Assembly: GCA_965203295.1 (NCBI GenBank)
Contig: CBDBCZ010000017.1
Span: forward strand, 1,728,001-1,792,000
DNA length: 64,000 nucleotides
DNA from: Nitrospirales bacterium
GTDB lineage: Bacteria; Nitrospirota; Nitrospiria; Nitrospirales; UBA8639
Direction of reading: 5' to 3'
In this document: one piece after another, positions 40,140 through 53,558 of the stretch
Layout: the number at the start of each line of letters is the position of its first letter
Position numbering within the stretch: the first letter of the stretch is position 1
Program-made: the position numbers and the translations under genes
Notes under the pieces: model-generated
Seen by the model: only the letters and a program-made list of their open reading frames with translations
Told to the model about the DNA's origin: nothing
Database searches by the model: none

Positions 40140-43100
40140 GTAAGTTGTGCTTAATGCTCATTGCCCTATTAATTCACCTCAAGTGGCCACAAAAAGACTG
40201 TGTATTGCACTGTAAATTTACTATTAAAGTAGCAAACCTACTCTGAGAGTAATGGTTTCATCATTCCTCATAAACTTAGTGTTGACTATGCCACTCCAAG
40301 TCGATACCGTTGCACTAAAACCTTGAAAGCATGCTGGAGAGCGGTTCATTATTCATAATGGGAAATCATAGGTCAGCTTGGAGTGGCCTAAATAAACACC
40401 TGTAAGTGTCAGTTAGATCTTTGTTCTGCAATTCATCCAATACCAGCAATTTCAAAGAGTTGATAAGTACCATTTTTGACTAATAGTACTGCACGACTGT
40501 TACAAAATAGCCTACAGTCTAAACCATATACCTCTGTACCCATTGCATCTGTTTGGTGTAAAAGTAATACCCACTTTAGAGCAAATCGTTCTTCCCACAT
40601 GCCTGTAATCGGCTATAACCAGACCTGTGTATACTACATGGAATTTTAAACTTTTTTGTGCCACATTTGTGGCCTTCCATTTGGATTGGTGACTATACCT
40701 CCATTGGATAACATCCACACATTTCATAAAATTAAACACATACAGAAAACCAGGGTTTATGGATGCTAAAGTCTGATGGCTGAGGGAAGGGGGAAGCATT
40801 TTTGATTTAAACGAAGCTTAAACGCTGTGCCTGTGTATCTGTGTGAGAGTAAACTGATTCAGTACAGTAGACAGCTGGAATACACTGTGGTAATTGTCAT
40901 AGGCAAGATGTTCTACCTCTAGCAACCCTCTGTATCATTCACTTGTTATCTCCTTTTCTAAAAGCAGTGGTCCCCATGTATGACATGTGCTTATACCAGG
41001 GTAGTACTTTGTTACAGTACCGTGCTTTATCGAGAATCCATCTGTCATATGATTTGTTACTCTAATGTCAAAAGCTTCCTATTTCTTAAAGCAGGTTAGA
41101 GGCTAGACATTGCATAGAAATTGAGAGCTGTGTAGCTGGGTCAGCAGGGTTTAATTTCATTTATAATAAATGATGCATATTGTACTCACCAAGTCTGTTG
41201 CAAGAGTATATTTGCAACTCTAGTCTGAACAGGTAAGTTCACGCATTATACATGTAGCTTTTATCCCATGGCTTGTTTTGGCTAGAAAATGTCATGTGAT
41301 TGAGCTCATGGCCTTTGCCCTCTGTGACCTCCAAACTAATGGTAGCGGTAGATACCATGTTTACAAAACTGCTAGATCCAGAAAATACAACAACCAAAGT
41401 AGCCCTTGATACTTTCAGGAAGCATTCTTTATAGATGTATAATCTTGGAACTGGGTCGAAACAAGTACCGAACATTGAAAAATCAACTTGTGTGGTAGTA
41501 GAAGTTTAAGCCAGTTTCATTATCATCCGAGTTTGAGTAAACGGGTTTAGTAGAGAGCTTGAATACGGTGTGAAAAGTGATAAGGGATAAAGTTTAATCA
41601 TTGAAAAGTGTGCTACCTACAGCAGCCCTCTGTATTGTTCACACTTTGTCTTTTTTTGAAAGCAGTGTTTTTGTGTATATATCAAATGTCGTAGGAGTAG
41701 TACTGTATGTTACAGTCCGCGCATTATCCATAATCTGTCTTTCCATCTGAATTTGACACTGTAGAGCCAAAAAAAACATTCTAGTTTTAGAGCAGTGGCA
41801 ACAAAGATAGTTAAGTTAGACAGTGGCTGAAAACTGATAGCTGAATAATTGGGTCTTGAGGCAAACATTCATTACTCCTTTCTACATTTTTACGTAGTCA
41901 CTGCAAGTACATTTTATGCAGGTTGTATGTATTGTAACATGTTAGTGAATCACTGCTAATCAGAATTAGCACTGCACTACTCCTTTTCATCATAAATACT
42001 GTTAGTGAGCAAAATAGAATGTGCATTGGCTACGGCCTGATGTATATGTAGAATGCATGTTGTAGAGTCTGTGATTGTACCTGATTTCTAGCATACAATG
42101 CCTTGAAGTTAAGTACCTGTTGAGTGGTGCTCCTTGTTTTGTACTGTGCAGCTGAGGTACACATATCACTACAGTAATCACCCTAAACAGCTGAAGAAAC
42201 ATCACTTGCTTTCTTATTATCGCAGTATTATGAAAGTACTGTAGGCTAATGGATAATTACATACCTTTAGTTGTTCCTTAAGAGGTATTGACTCCAATCA
42301 ACACGTGGGAAAAAAAATTTCATGCACATGTGTATTTGCTATTAGAGTTGAACATTTTGATACACTGTTACAGTGAACATATGAGGTGAGATATTGCATA
42401 TATTTTGATGTGTGGTCACGGCTGAACAGTAGAAAGTGACAGTTTGGTTATTGCTTGCATATGGAAGAGATACACTTCTTAATTATGGCAGTATTATGAA
42501 AGTACTGTAGGCTGATGGGTAATAATATTACATACCTTTAGTTGTTCCTTAAAGTGAGGATGGACTTGGTATTGATTCCAATCAACACTCGAAAAAATAA
42601 ATTTCATGCCCATGTGTATTTGCTGTTAAATGTATGCAATAACTCACTGCGACAGCGCATCAAAATGTTCAACACATTTTGATGCGCTATTGCAGTGAAC
42701 AATATATGAGGTGGTTATTGCATACATTTCAAAGTGTGGTCACGGCTGAACAGTAGGAAGTGACAGTTTGGTTATTGTTTGCATATGGAATGAGGTGCAC
42801 TTCTTAATTAGGATAGAGCTCCACTGCGTATTTGAAGTACTTCAACCCACATGTTGATTGCTATGCAGTTTTATGATGGTATTAGATATTAAGCAACGAT
42901 TATGAACTACTTTGAATGAAAGACCCATATGTTTGTTTTCATTTCAAGTACCCTTGTCTTGAATTTGTCAATTAATCTGGTCTCGTATGGACATCTGTGT
43001 GTTTTAGTATGCTCACCCTACGGCGCGTGTGTGTCCATTGAAATGTTCACCATGCTCCTTAAGGGCTAGTCAATACATGTGCGTGTTTAGTTTGTATTTT

Positions 43101-43632
43101 ACATGTACACGAACATGCAGTTAACTCATTATTTAGTCTAAGCAAACAATTATACACCCATTTTTTTTCCTTAACCCATCAGTTTGAGTGCAAGTATACA
43201 TGTATTCGACCTACCTGGTTTGGTTCTGCTATTAGGGATAGGTCGAAGGTCGTGTGCATATTGGATATCCTATTAAGATAATTGTTAGCCGCTTAGAAAG
43301 ATAATGCCCGCCATCAGTTTCGATTTCCCTGTCTAATCACATATATCAGCTAAGGTTTCATTCACCCTGTGCGTTCGTTACAATTGCATTAGTGTAGTCC
43401 TGTGTTGCTAAACAGCCATATAGCAACACTGTAAACTGAATGGCCTTATTTTGTTCATTCTCCATCAGGCAATGTTTAGTAGTGACTCTTGCTGTTTTGT
43501 ATTTGTGGTATGTTACTCAGTCGTCATGGTTACAAACATTCTGAGGAGAAAAATATTCCGCCCAGGTGTAAATTTAAGTGAACTGCACAATGAATTGAAT
43601 TGGTATGAGCAGTCACTGCCCTCTCCCTACAG

Positions 43633-43731
43633 GTTGGAGAAACAGCCCTGACCTTCGCAAGCTTAAAGGGAGTTCATCCCATTGTACAACAACTACTACA
43701 AGCTGGAGCAGACCCCAACCTCCAGACTGAG
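43633..43731 (+). CDS. Ankyrin exon F2 (99 nt) VGETALTFASLKGVHPIVQQLLQAGADPNLQTE
   Basis: ctccctacag|GTT...GAG|gtaagt. Confidence 0.88.
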
Positions 43732-44062
43732 GTAAGTTAGGTGTAATAATATGTTCCTTCTTCAGACCTCTGTATGTCATACACTGAAGGTTCTGTGAGA
43801 CAAGTGTTTCATTGTGATATATGAAATGTAGATCCGTGTACTTTATCCTGTATTTCATTAGAAGGCTGAGGGATGTTCTTAAGATAATTTCGCCTCTTGT
43901 CTGCACCAAAAATGGACAGTCCAAGAGAGCATTTTAAATGCCACTACTGATCACGGTTTTATCTTGTCTGTACTGATCTAAGTAATCCAGTGCGAACTTT
44001 GTACATGTGCATTGTTCAACCATTGATTTAAAACTGAAACAAGTTATATTTTTACCTTGTAG

Positions 44063-44104
44063 CCTATTCAAGAAGACAAAGTAAAACAATCCGAAGAACA
44101 ATTG
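44063..44104 (+). CDS. Exon W3 (42 nt) PIQEDKVKQSEEQL
   Basis: ttgtag|CCT...TTG|gttggt. Confidence 0.65.
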
Positions 44105-44520
44105 GTTGGTTATTGTGATGGTATCTAAAGCAGATTGTGTTTACTTAATTATCCACTGATCATTACTTCATTATACTAAACAAAACTAAATGCAAATTTC
44201 TGGGTTGTCAATTACAAGTGACAGTGTGTTTTTTTTAACACATTGCTGTTCTACTCTGCAATTAATTTCTAAAGCATAAAGACTTAGGAACATGGCTAAT
44301 GCAAGTGTCCCTTCAAATTTTTACCACTACATCATACCAGGGTGCGCTTGTATAATGTAATTGACATTATTGACGATTCCTGTAACTGCTAATTTGGTCA
44401 ACAGCTGAAAAGTGTAATTTATCACATCAATCTCCATATATTGGTATAGCAAAGCAAATAATTTTTTTACCAAAGTTAAGGATGAAATTGCTTTTTTATA
44501 AATACTTTAACCCATGACAG

Positions 44521-44604
44521 GTTGAACGCTCATTGCAAGCGTGTGAAGAAGGCAATGATGAAGCAGTTGCTGCAATACTGAAGCAGGGAACTATCCCCGA
44601 AGAG
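44521..44604 (+). CDS. Exon X3 (84 nt) VERSLQACEEGNDEAVAAILKQGTIPEE
   Basis: atgacag|GTT...GAG|gtaaaa. Confidence 0.65.
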
Positions 44605-44850
44605 GTAAAATATGCAATGGGAATAGCACTTGATGGGTTACTTCTTAAAGTAAGGTTTGAGGATATTCATTGTTAGATATAGCCGAAACCGGGTGTTTTT
44701 TTTCTGATGGTTGAAATTTGCATATAGAGCATGCACAATTTTATTTAGAGGAGCTTACTCATGAATTATTAGCCATGGTATTTAATTGTGAAATATCATG
44801 TATACTGCTCAACAATGAAACTGGCAAAAGACTGACATTCTCATTTTCAG

Positions 44851-44932
44851 TGGCTATGATCAGCAGTGGAAATGGCTTGTAAAAATGAACATGGTGGCAT
44901 TGTCAATCTTCTGCTGAATGAACATGAAAAAA
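44851..44932 (+). pseudogene. Y-class pseudo-exon (in-frame TGA at 44857 and +1 A, 82 nt)
   Basis: TGG CTA TGA versus TGG CTT CGA in Y3; one extra nucleotide before gtagct. Confidence 0.75.
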
Positions 44933-45072
44933 GTAGCTACACTTACATATCTAATTGTGTTTTGTCATTAATTTTATTGAATAACAACTGTCAATAAAAA
45001 GTTTTCCTTCAGCAATGCATTATGTAAAGAAAGTATTGTTCTCTGTTCTACCTCTTCTACCTACGTACATAG

Positions 45073-45123
45073 TCTGTCCAAGAAGGTGAAGTGGAGCAAT
45101 CAGAACTTTTCCAAGAACAGACG
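45073..45123 (+). CDS. Exon Z5 (51 nt) SVQEGEVEQSELFQEQT
   Basis: acatag|TCT...ACG|gttggt. Confidence 0.6.
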
Positions 45124-45785
45124 GTTGGTTACGTATAGCATTCAGCTCTTATGTAATTTCTTCTTACCAGGAGTATATAATAGTGTTGAGAAGAGAGGGA
45201 AACAGGAGCTGAAAGCTACCACGCGAAAGCTAAAATTCCAAACATCCGCAGTCTGTCAGCTTAATGCTTGTGGATGGTTTGAACGGAAAACCACAGTCAT
45301 GTAGTAAAAGAACTCTACTATGTTTACCAAAAATCTGTAACCCTAACAAGGCCACCGCTGACCCTTGACTATGATTTTTTTTTCCTGCTAGTGGTATCAA
45401 GCCTAAAAAGCACTCAGGGATGATTACCTTTGAATACTATGCTGCTGGTTAAATTTGTCTCTACAATGTACAAGATCTGAATTAACTACCAGTGCCTAGT
45501 AAGAGTAGTTTAGTGCATAAATTGGTAGGTAGATGTAGGTATTGCGTTGCTGGACTATTAGTCTGTACCTTCATCTGTAGCACCCCATTAATTTGGTCAT
45601 ATAAACAATTATTAATGCCTATAGAAATATAATCACTCAATTCTCCAATGATATTCACTCCTGCAAAAACTGTCTGGTGTCGCAAATGAGTGTTTAAAGG
45701 ACTGGATGCACGCACATTGCCAAAAATTGTAGAACCTACTGACATGCTTTGTATCCACCCAGCTATTACATATCATGGAATACGG

Positions 45786-45884
45786 TAGCCTTCCCCGCAC
45801 ACGCGAAAATAAACGGGGAAAAGTAAAGCTTTACTTTTCCCCGTTTATTTTCGCGAGTGCGGAGAAGGCCTGGGTACGAGGCTA
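45786..45884. mobile_element. Short palindromic MITE (CCTGGGTACGAGGCTA end)
   Basis: Perfect 27-bp-arm loopless palindrome at 45802-45855 centred on aag|ctt; flanked by duplicated ggaatacggtag. Confidence 0.75.
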
Positions 45885-47613
45885 GGAATACGGTAGTACT
45901 CCATCTGTAGGGATGCGTAAGTACCACTTTTGAAGCTTAAGGCACTGCCCCATTTCTGTGGTAAATCTTCAAGGTATTGTCATCACACATCACATAGGAG
46001 CATCCATAGTGGCTAGGTTGTTTCCTCTTTCTACTATCAACAGCGCACAAAAACATTCTCCACCCAGCGAATATTTCCTTATTAACTCTTACTATGATGC
46101 ATGACAAGTGATTAAACAATGATATTAGACTAACAAGTGTATAGACATAAACACAAAATACACTGCCCAAGCCCTACATCTTTTTACTAGTCGGAGCGAG
46201 TGCAGCGCGCGAACGGCTGGTACTAAGATTGCTTTGCGTTTTCCGCGTCTGTTTATTTGTCTGTCTGTTTGTGCGTCCGCACTTATCACGTGTGCAATAT
46301 ATTACGTCATACGTTACTATGCCACTGCAGTGTATAGCAGGTTTTGGAGATTTGCAAGCCAAGCTACAGCAAATGAAGGTAGTTTTGTGTTGCCTAGATC
46401 GTGAAAACTTGGTAGGTATCCGTAAAGATCCTGGTTTCTTGGCATATAGCTACTAACTTTGAGGCGCATGACGAAACTGCTGAGTCAGCACTTTCGCTGT
46501 ACCACTCTAAGAATATAGTATCTCCGGCTCTACAGCTGTAGTTTAATAGCTTGGCCTAAGCTGAGTTGTGTGTATTGTACGGAAAAGGCGTCCGGCTGGT
46601 TTTTTAGACATGAAAATGTCAGACTTGTTTAACATGTCGTGACAAGTGCAAATATGCAGTACTGTAATCAGCGGAAATACCATGCCACTTAGTAAGTATT
46701 TTAGAATTAATAGTGGCATTTCGAATACCCACTAAGGAATAACGTACAGTTGTAGTTGTTCCCCAGGACATCCTGGCTGCTAGGATGTTAGTAGTTCTGT
46801 GGGAGTGTTGCAGGATGTCCCGCAGTGTCTGGGACAAGCTGGACACTGGAAGTGATAGATGAGACCTATAGTGTCTCCAACATCCTGGATAATGATGGGT
46901 GTGTTCTCAGTGTCTGGGACATCTGGATAGTGGTAGTTGTGTGAAGGTGTCACTCAATGTTCCAGAGTCCAAGACAACCTGAACATGATTTGGACACTTG
47001 AACAGTGGCAATAGTGTCATGATATCCTGGACTTTCGAACGGTCTTAGTGATGAGGGTGTAGCTGGATGTAGACAACCAAGAGTCCCCAGCAGTTAAATT
47101 CTTGGGATTCCCTTGTTGTCCAACCAATTGAGACAAGTGTGAGTAAAACTGAATGTGAGTGAAAACAGGTTGCTGTAAATATCAGTGTCATATACACGTT
47201 CCAGCAAATAGTTGAATAGACAGATGGACAGTAAACTGAACAGCTTATATGGGTTCAGTATTATGTGGTAATAGCACATTCCGAACAGCTTGCAAAATAG
47301 ACTACAAATTCATCAGATGGCTGTGTATATGTTTTTTGACAGGCAGCTACCGTCACCATATCCACACTGTACAAATTATGATTCCTTGATGTAAACAGAT
47401 GTAGAATTCTCATCCACACTACTGTAAGACCTTGCAAGCTAATTGGATTTTCTGTATAGGCATTGTGCGTGTTGTAGTGTGATTGCATGATGTCGTGTGA
47501 TTGCATGATGTCGTAAGAATGCCACAGGTTGGGGTGAGCCTAATGCCTACTTGTGGTGAATCTGCACTACTTCGTTGATTCGTTTCACTTTCTGGTCTTC
47601 CTCCCTACCTCAG

Positions 47614-47709
47614 TATGGGGAGAGAGCCCTGATCGCTGCCAGTGCTAAAAGCCTTCTTGAAAATGTGCGAAAACTATTAACCACTGGAGATGTCAATGTT
47701 CAGGATAAA
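47614..47709 (+). CDS. Ankyrin exon A3 (96 nt) YGERALIAASAKSLLENVRKLLTTGDVNVQDK
   Basis: ctacctcag|TAT...AAA|gtaagt. Confidence 0.85.
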
Positions 47710-47815
47710 GTAAGTTATACTAAATGTTCATTGTAAGTTGTACTAAATGCTCATTGTACAAGTATATGCTTGCGCTAAAGTAAGTTATACTAAATTGTCA
47801 TTAATTCCCCTCAAG

Positions 47816-48257
47816 CAGGAGGCCCCAGCAAAAAAAGTCCATGATGCACAGCCCCATTTTTGCAGACCCCCCAAAACAACCTACCAACTGCATCACAAAG
47901 TGTCATAATTACAAGAAATTACATCATAAATAATTAATTAACCATGCACTGACATCATAAAATGGTTAACTAATTTGACCCAACCCATACTTAGCACTTA
48001 CTGATCGCCAAAGACAGTGGTGAGCTGCCACCGAATAAGCAATGACATGAGATCAGTGTCACTATTGCTTGCAAACTATACACAAGCTGTGATTTATAAT
48101 GGATATGAGGCATCCTCTATTGTTTGTACTACCAAAATCTAAACTCTTGTCTGCAAAAAAAATCCCCTAGTTTTTGGGACCTTTTTTGCTGACCTGCCGA
48201 AACAACCAACCAACTTAGTGGGTGCGCGTCATACCTTTTTTCAAGTATGGCCCCCCG
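47816..48257. mobile_element. Insertion with 7-bp TSD cctcaag (possibly hAT-like)
   Basis: Interrupts the conserved aattcccctcaagtggcca motif; ends caggaggcc / ggccccccg. Confidence 0.55.
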
Positions 48258-48611
48258 CCTCAAGTGGCCATAAAATGACTTTCATTGTATTGAATGGTTT
48301 CTGTGTATTGCACTGTAAAGTTTCTATAAAAGTTACAACGCCATTCTGAGAGTAGTGATGTTACAATTTCTCATGCCATAATTTACCTGTAAAGCTGTAG
48401 CGTTATTTGTACCACAGCAGCCATATAGTTCAAAGGCACCGCCTGCAGTGTATTTCCCAGAAGACAGCTGGCCTGCTGACCAAAGTTGCAAGCTCAGCCA
48501 TACACTAGGTGTCAAAAACTCATACACTCCTTGTGGTCAGCCATACACTACGCTGAGTCAGCCATACACTCCCTGTGGTCAGCCATACACTCAGTTGCTG
48601 TGGTACAAACC

Positions 48612-48710
48612 GGTTATACCACTCCCACTCAGAGGTTTAGCGGATACACTACTCGGGCTTCGCCCTCGCAGTGTATATCCGCTAAACCTCTTTGTGGTCG
48701 TGGTATAACC
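48612..48710. repeat. Small hairpin element preceded by cagccatacact short repeats
   Basis: ggttatacca..agaggtttagcggata / tatccgctaaacctct..tggtataacc. Confidence 0.7.
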
Positions 48711-50289
48711 TATATTTAACTCATGGTTGAAATATAGTGGTTAATTGACCTGGCTCAATTTCAAACATAAACTTTAGCATAGCCTGTTTGCTAATTGAGT
48801 ATCACTTTAACTGCTGTTCTCTATTTTAATGTTGAATTTTTAAGTTGCTGTGCTCAGTCATGTATCGTGGAGGATTCGAAAGGCCTATTAATAGAAGGAT
48901 AGTTAGCAGTCAGACAATTATATATAACATAGTACCACAATTGCCACTACTAACTAGGTCAAGTGATGGTGTTGAATTTAGCGGCTGAACATGCAACAAC
49001 GGTAGTTGCTACCCCACACGTAGACAGTGGATTAAGCTTTTGGTGTCTCTGTCTGTCTGTTTAATGAAAATAGAAGTCTGGACATCTATAGGGTTAAATG
49101 ATATTTAATGTTCATGCCAGAATAGAGATTGTATGCATGTACAAAACAGCTCACCATTCTGGGTATGATTACTGCTTACGAGTACTTGCGCTCACTTGCA
49201 CGACTACTTGTGCTTGATGAACTCACTTACTTTGCTCACTCTGTACAAAAGAGAATGAAAAAGGATCACCTTCATGCAATTTGTGGGAAACATTATAGCA
49301 TCTGCCAATGGTGGTAGTGTTGCTGACTGCATGAGTCTTGTGGAGGCAGCTCTACATTGAAGCCTCAATTCATTTTGTCACAGTGTGAGGAATGTGCATA
49401 GTATCCATAGTACCGGTATGTGCATGTTTTTTTTAGTAGCCAAAGCACTTAGTGTACTTTGTGTAATGTCCGTGTGTTATAGAACATTGAGCATTTGCCA
49501 GAGGCAGTAGACTATAGCGTTCTCTCATCCCCATACCCTCTGCTCACCCGTAAAACAATTTGGAAGAAGAAAACCGAAGAGGAGGGTCTTGTGAAGTTGA
49601 TACAAAAGGGATGAATGGGGTGTTTGTGTGTGGGTTTTGCTGGTGCTATCTCAGTTACACTACTAAGTGTGGCATGTGCATGTATCTGAGTGTGAGGCTG
49701 GCAACTACAGAACTTGTGTCCTTTTTTATTGCACATTCGTGAGGTTTGACGCTAGGAAATTAGACCATGACAGCAATGTCAGCCATGTTCCTGATGCCCC
49801 CACCCGTATCTTGGCTCCCATGCGGGTTTGTGATGTGATAACATGTCTTTAGTCTTCCAGTCTTTACACAGCTTAACTGTTTCCAACTTTTGTCGACTAA
49901 GTAGACACTATTCCATTTGTGTTAACTAAGTAGACTGATGGTGTAGTAGTAAAAGCCGAAGTTAGATTTGTAAAAATTTTGGGCAGTGCTGTGTTCATGA
50001 TTGAAGGCTGCATTTTTACTCCACTGTGATTTCTTAAAGTAAGTGACTATAAGTAGTAAGTTTTACTAAATTCCAATTTTGCTTGGCCATATGTAGAAAT
50101 TTTAGGAAGTTATTTTGAACATCTTCCCTTTTGCCAAACAAAACATTGGACATTTAAGACTTAACTTCGTATATTCATTAGCTATCTCTATAGCTAAAAG
50201 TTGTTTCTTAAATGGTATCTTCCATTACTAGTACTAGGCTAGTTATGATTTGTCCATGGCATGCCACATACTCTTCCTCCCTACCTCAG

Positions 50290-50388
50290 TTTGGATTCAC
50301 AGCCCTTATGCGTGCTAGTGTTGGAGGTCATCAGGATGTTGTACGAGAACTGTTGTCCCTCAGTGCTGATCTCAATGTTCAAAGTAAA
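50290..50388 (+). CDS. Ankyrin exon B4 (99 nt) FGFTALMRASVGGHQDVVRELLSLSADLNVQSK
   Basis: ctacctcag|TTT...AAA|gtaagt; upstream intron deleted to within ~20 nt of the acceptor. Confidence 0.85.
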
Positions 50389-52328
50389 GTAAGTTACACT
50401 AAATGCTAATTTTACGTTATTAATTCCTCTCAAGTGGCCACAAAGAAAAATTTTTAATAGCGGTCCTACCGTAAAGACAAGACTACCTTTTTTTGGGCTA
50501 TTCCTACTTACGAAGAGACCGAGATTGCATCAATGGCGGGTGTATCAATCGCAAGGATGGCTCAGGTTTGCCAGTAAAAGCTACCCACTTAATTGCAAGT
50601 AAGTTTCAGACTGATAGTTTGATAGCATTTACATCTTTGGTAGTGCTATGGTAGCTTATACCTTCCAAATTATGACAAAACCTACCCAACCAACTTGCAG
50701 TTAGTACACAGCTGATTTGAGCCATCTTTGTGCCAGATAAACCCGCCATTGATGCGATCTTGGCCTCTTCATATGTAGGAACCCAAGACTTGTCTTCATC
50801 CACCTTGTACAGTAAATTCTGTTGCCCTTTTCATAAAGACCGGATAGTACTAACTAACACATTGCTCTTTTTGTGGGCATGTTCTTACAATTTTTACAGA
50901 ATTACGTTTGAGATGTCACCTGATGTCTACCCTGTGGTTGCACACGTGATAAAATCGACCAGGCCTTTCCTCACTTTACTTTTCTTCTTTGTATTTGTGA
51001 GTGTGGGGGAGGCCTGGATTCAAGCATGAGCTAAATTATGCTACAGCTTTACAGGTGTTCCATAACCAATTGGGATGAGAAATATGTAATAGCACCACTC
51101 CTCTCAGAGTGGCCTTGTCACTTTTATAGCAATTCTACTGTGCAATACACAGTAATTGTTTGTTGCATAAATAATTGCGAATATGAACTATTTGGAGGCT
51201 CACAACAGGGAGAATTATGTCATCGTAACATGTTATGCCATAGCGGCTGCATTTCTCTGGTTTAAACATTGCATGGGAAGTTGTCATAGCATAATACTTC
51301 CTTTATCTATGGTCATAGGTAACACTGCAACTCATGTTTCACAAGTTCTATAATGTTTTTCACCCCCAAAGTTAAAGTCTTAACTGCCAATTTTATTTGA
51401 AGTCTTCTCAGAACTTGCGCTGGTGTGTAGATGTACAATGTGGTAATATTTTTACTTTCACATATTTTGATTTTTAGTGGTGCATCCACAAACGTATGGT
51501 AATGGTACTACTCAACAATTCAATCTGTGAGAGTTGGCATGCTATGACCCTGTATGTCTTATCTATTATATATTCCCAAATAGAAACAAGTGGCATACTG
51601 TTTGTACCTTAAATTCCAATTCTTGGCGTGTATCTAATCGGAACCATTATAATTATTTTCCAGTAGAAATTGACAATCATATGTTGTGATAAAAAATATA
51701 CTACCTGCGTACGCTGTGAAAAGACATCTCTAACAAGCCTAGTCTATCCAGCTAGACCCTCCTCCGCACTTAGCTTGAGGAGGGTCTAGCAGAGCTCATT
51801 AGTATCTATGACTAGCTGACCAATCAGATTTAGTAGCTACTAGCAATACCTGAACTTTAAGGCTTCAGTCAGTAGAGAATGAAAAAAGAAATTTCTTTCA
51901 ATACCAATAGTGCTGGTTTGCATGGGCACGCTCAGCACGGTTGCCATCTTGTGCCGTGCACCCCACACATAAGTCGGTTCTACCCTCGGTACTACCTTCA
52001 TGTCACACTGGTGAAAAGTGTTCCCAGGCATTCCGGTTTTTTTTTCGTGCTAGCGAAAAAAAGCTGGAACGGCTGGGTTCAAGGCTACATGTTTAGCTTG
52101 TATTTTTCATGTACATAAACGTGCAGTCTCTCTTTAGTTAGTGTAAGCAATCAAATATACAACAACTTTTGTTCCTTAACCCATCACAACTTACACTATG
52201 ACATTTCCCTCATGTGTGTTGTCTTTACATGATGGAAGCCTCTGTGGTCTTTCGTTTATGGCTTCCAAGTGTTATAAAAAGGCCATGCACCATGAGGTGT
52301 GACATAGCTTTAATAGTGCATACTAATT

Positions 52329-52898
52329 GTGACCCACTGAGTGAAAACCTGTTGATTTTGAGTTATAAGCGTTTTTACTGACCAAGGTAAGCTTTCAGCC
52401 AAAGTATGATTATGGCATAAATAGGTCCACAGAAACTGAAGTATGAAGCCTGGCTCTACTGCCTTCAGGGCGCTATAAGCCCAAACTCACAGCCATATTT
52501 TCGTAGTTAGTTAGTATACGGAGCATGTTACTCTACGTGTAGCAGACGCAGTTACAGCAAACGGTACCTCTCTACACAGTGTGCTAGCTTCCTTCACCTC
52601 TCTCCACTCTCTCCAACTTACCAGAGTCCCCATTTGCAGGAGGTAAGGTGGCTAGATCGATAAAGCTACGTACAAAACAAGTATGTAATATGGATAGTAA
52701 TATGGAAGTACAATATGCTGTAGCAACGTTAAAACATTGCGATTACACGAAACGTACGTTTTTGTAATGTGTTAGCATTTCGAGCTATATATATCTCGGG
52801 AACTGAGCATCCAATCGCCACCAAATTTCATAGACAACCCTTGGCAGGATGTACATTTAACGAAACTGGCGCGATCTCGATTTCGCTCAGCGGGTCAC
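52329..52898. mobile_element. TIR element (GTGACCC termini)
   Basis: gtgacccactgagtgaaa / tttcgctcagcgggtcac; absent at the paralogous actaattgatcatacagc site (17651). Confidence 0.75.
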
Positions 52899-53459
52899 TA
52901 ATATTGATCATACAGCTTTAAAAAGTAGCCATATGTCAGTGCCTTCAAACATTGACACACTATTGCACAAGTAGTCTTGTGTTTTACATGCTGGCATAAT
53001 TCTGCTATTCAAGACGACATCTAGCAGTATGTACAAAGTTGTACTAGTTTGAATGCAAGTATACATGTTTGCCACTTACCTGGTTTGGTTCTGCTATTAG
53101 GGATAGGTCAAAGGTCATGTGCGTATTGGATATGGTAAGTAGATAACTGTTTGTTTTTTAGAAAGAAAATATCCGCCTTCAGTTTCGATTTCATAACTTC
53201 AGCCAAGGCTTCATTCACTCTGTACCTTTGATACAAATGCATTAGTGTAGCCTTGTGTTGCTAATCAGGCATGGCTACACTGTAAAATGAATGGCCTCAT
53301 TCTACTCATTCTGCATCAGGCAGTGTTTAGCAATATTTCTTCCAGTTTAGCATTTGTGGTACGTTGAGAGGGAAGATATTCAGCCAAAACATAACTCTCA
53401 TTTTAATTCAGCCACCAAGAATTGAATTGTTAAGGGCAATCTTTGTCCTCTCTCTACAG

Positions 53460-53558
53460 GATGGAGAAACAGCTCTGATCTTGGCCAGCGAGAAAGGTCA
53501 TCATCCCATTGCACAACAACTACTACAAGCTGGAGCAGACCCCAACCTCCAGACTGAG
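53460..53558 (+). CDS. Ankyrin exon C5 (99 nt) DGETALILASEKGHHPIAQQLLQAGADPNLQTE
   Basis: ctctctacag|GAT...GAG|gtaagc. Confidence 0.9.

Noticed and set aside
44857..44859. Selenocysteine or read-through TGA
   Set aside because: Best explained as CGA>TGA decay, and the same exon also has a +1 frameshift
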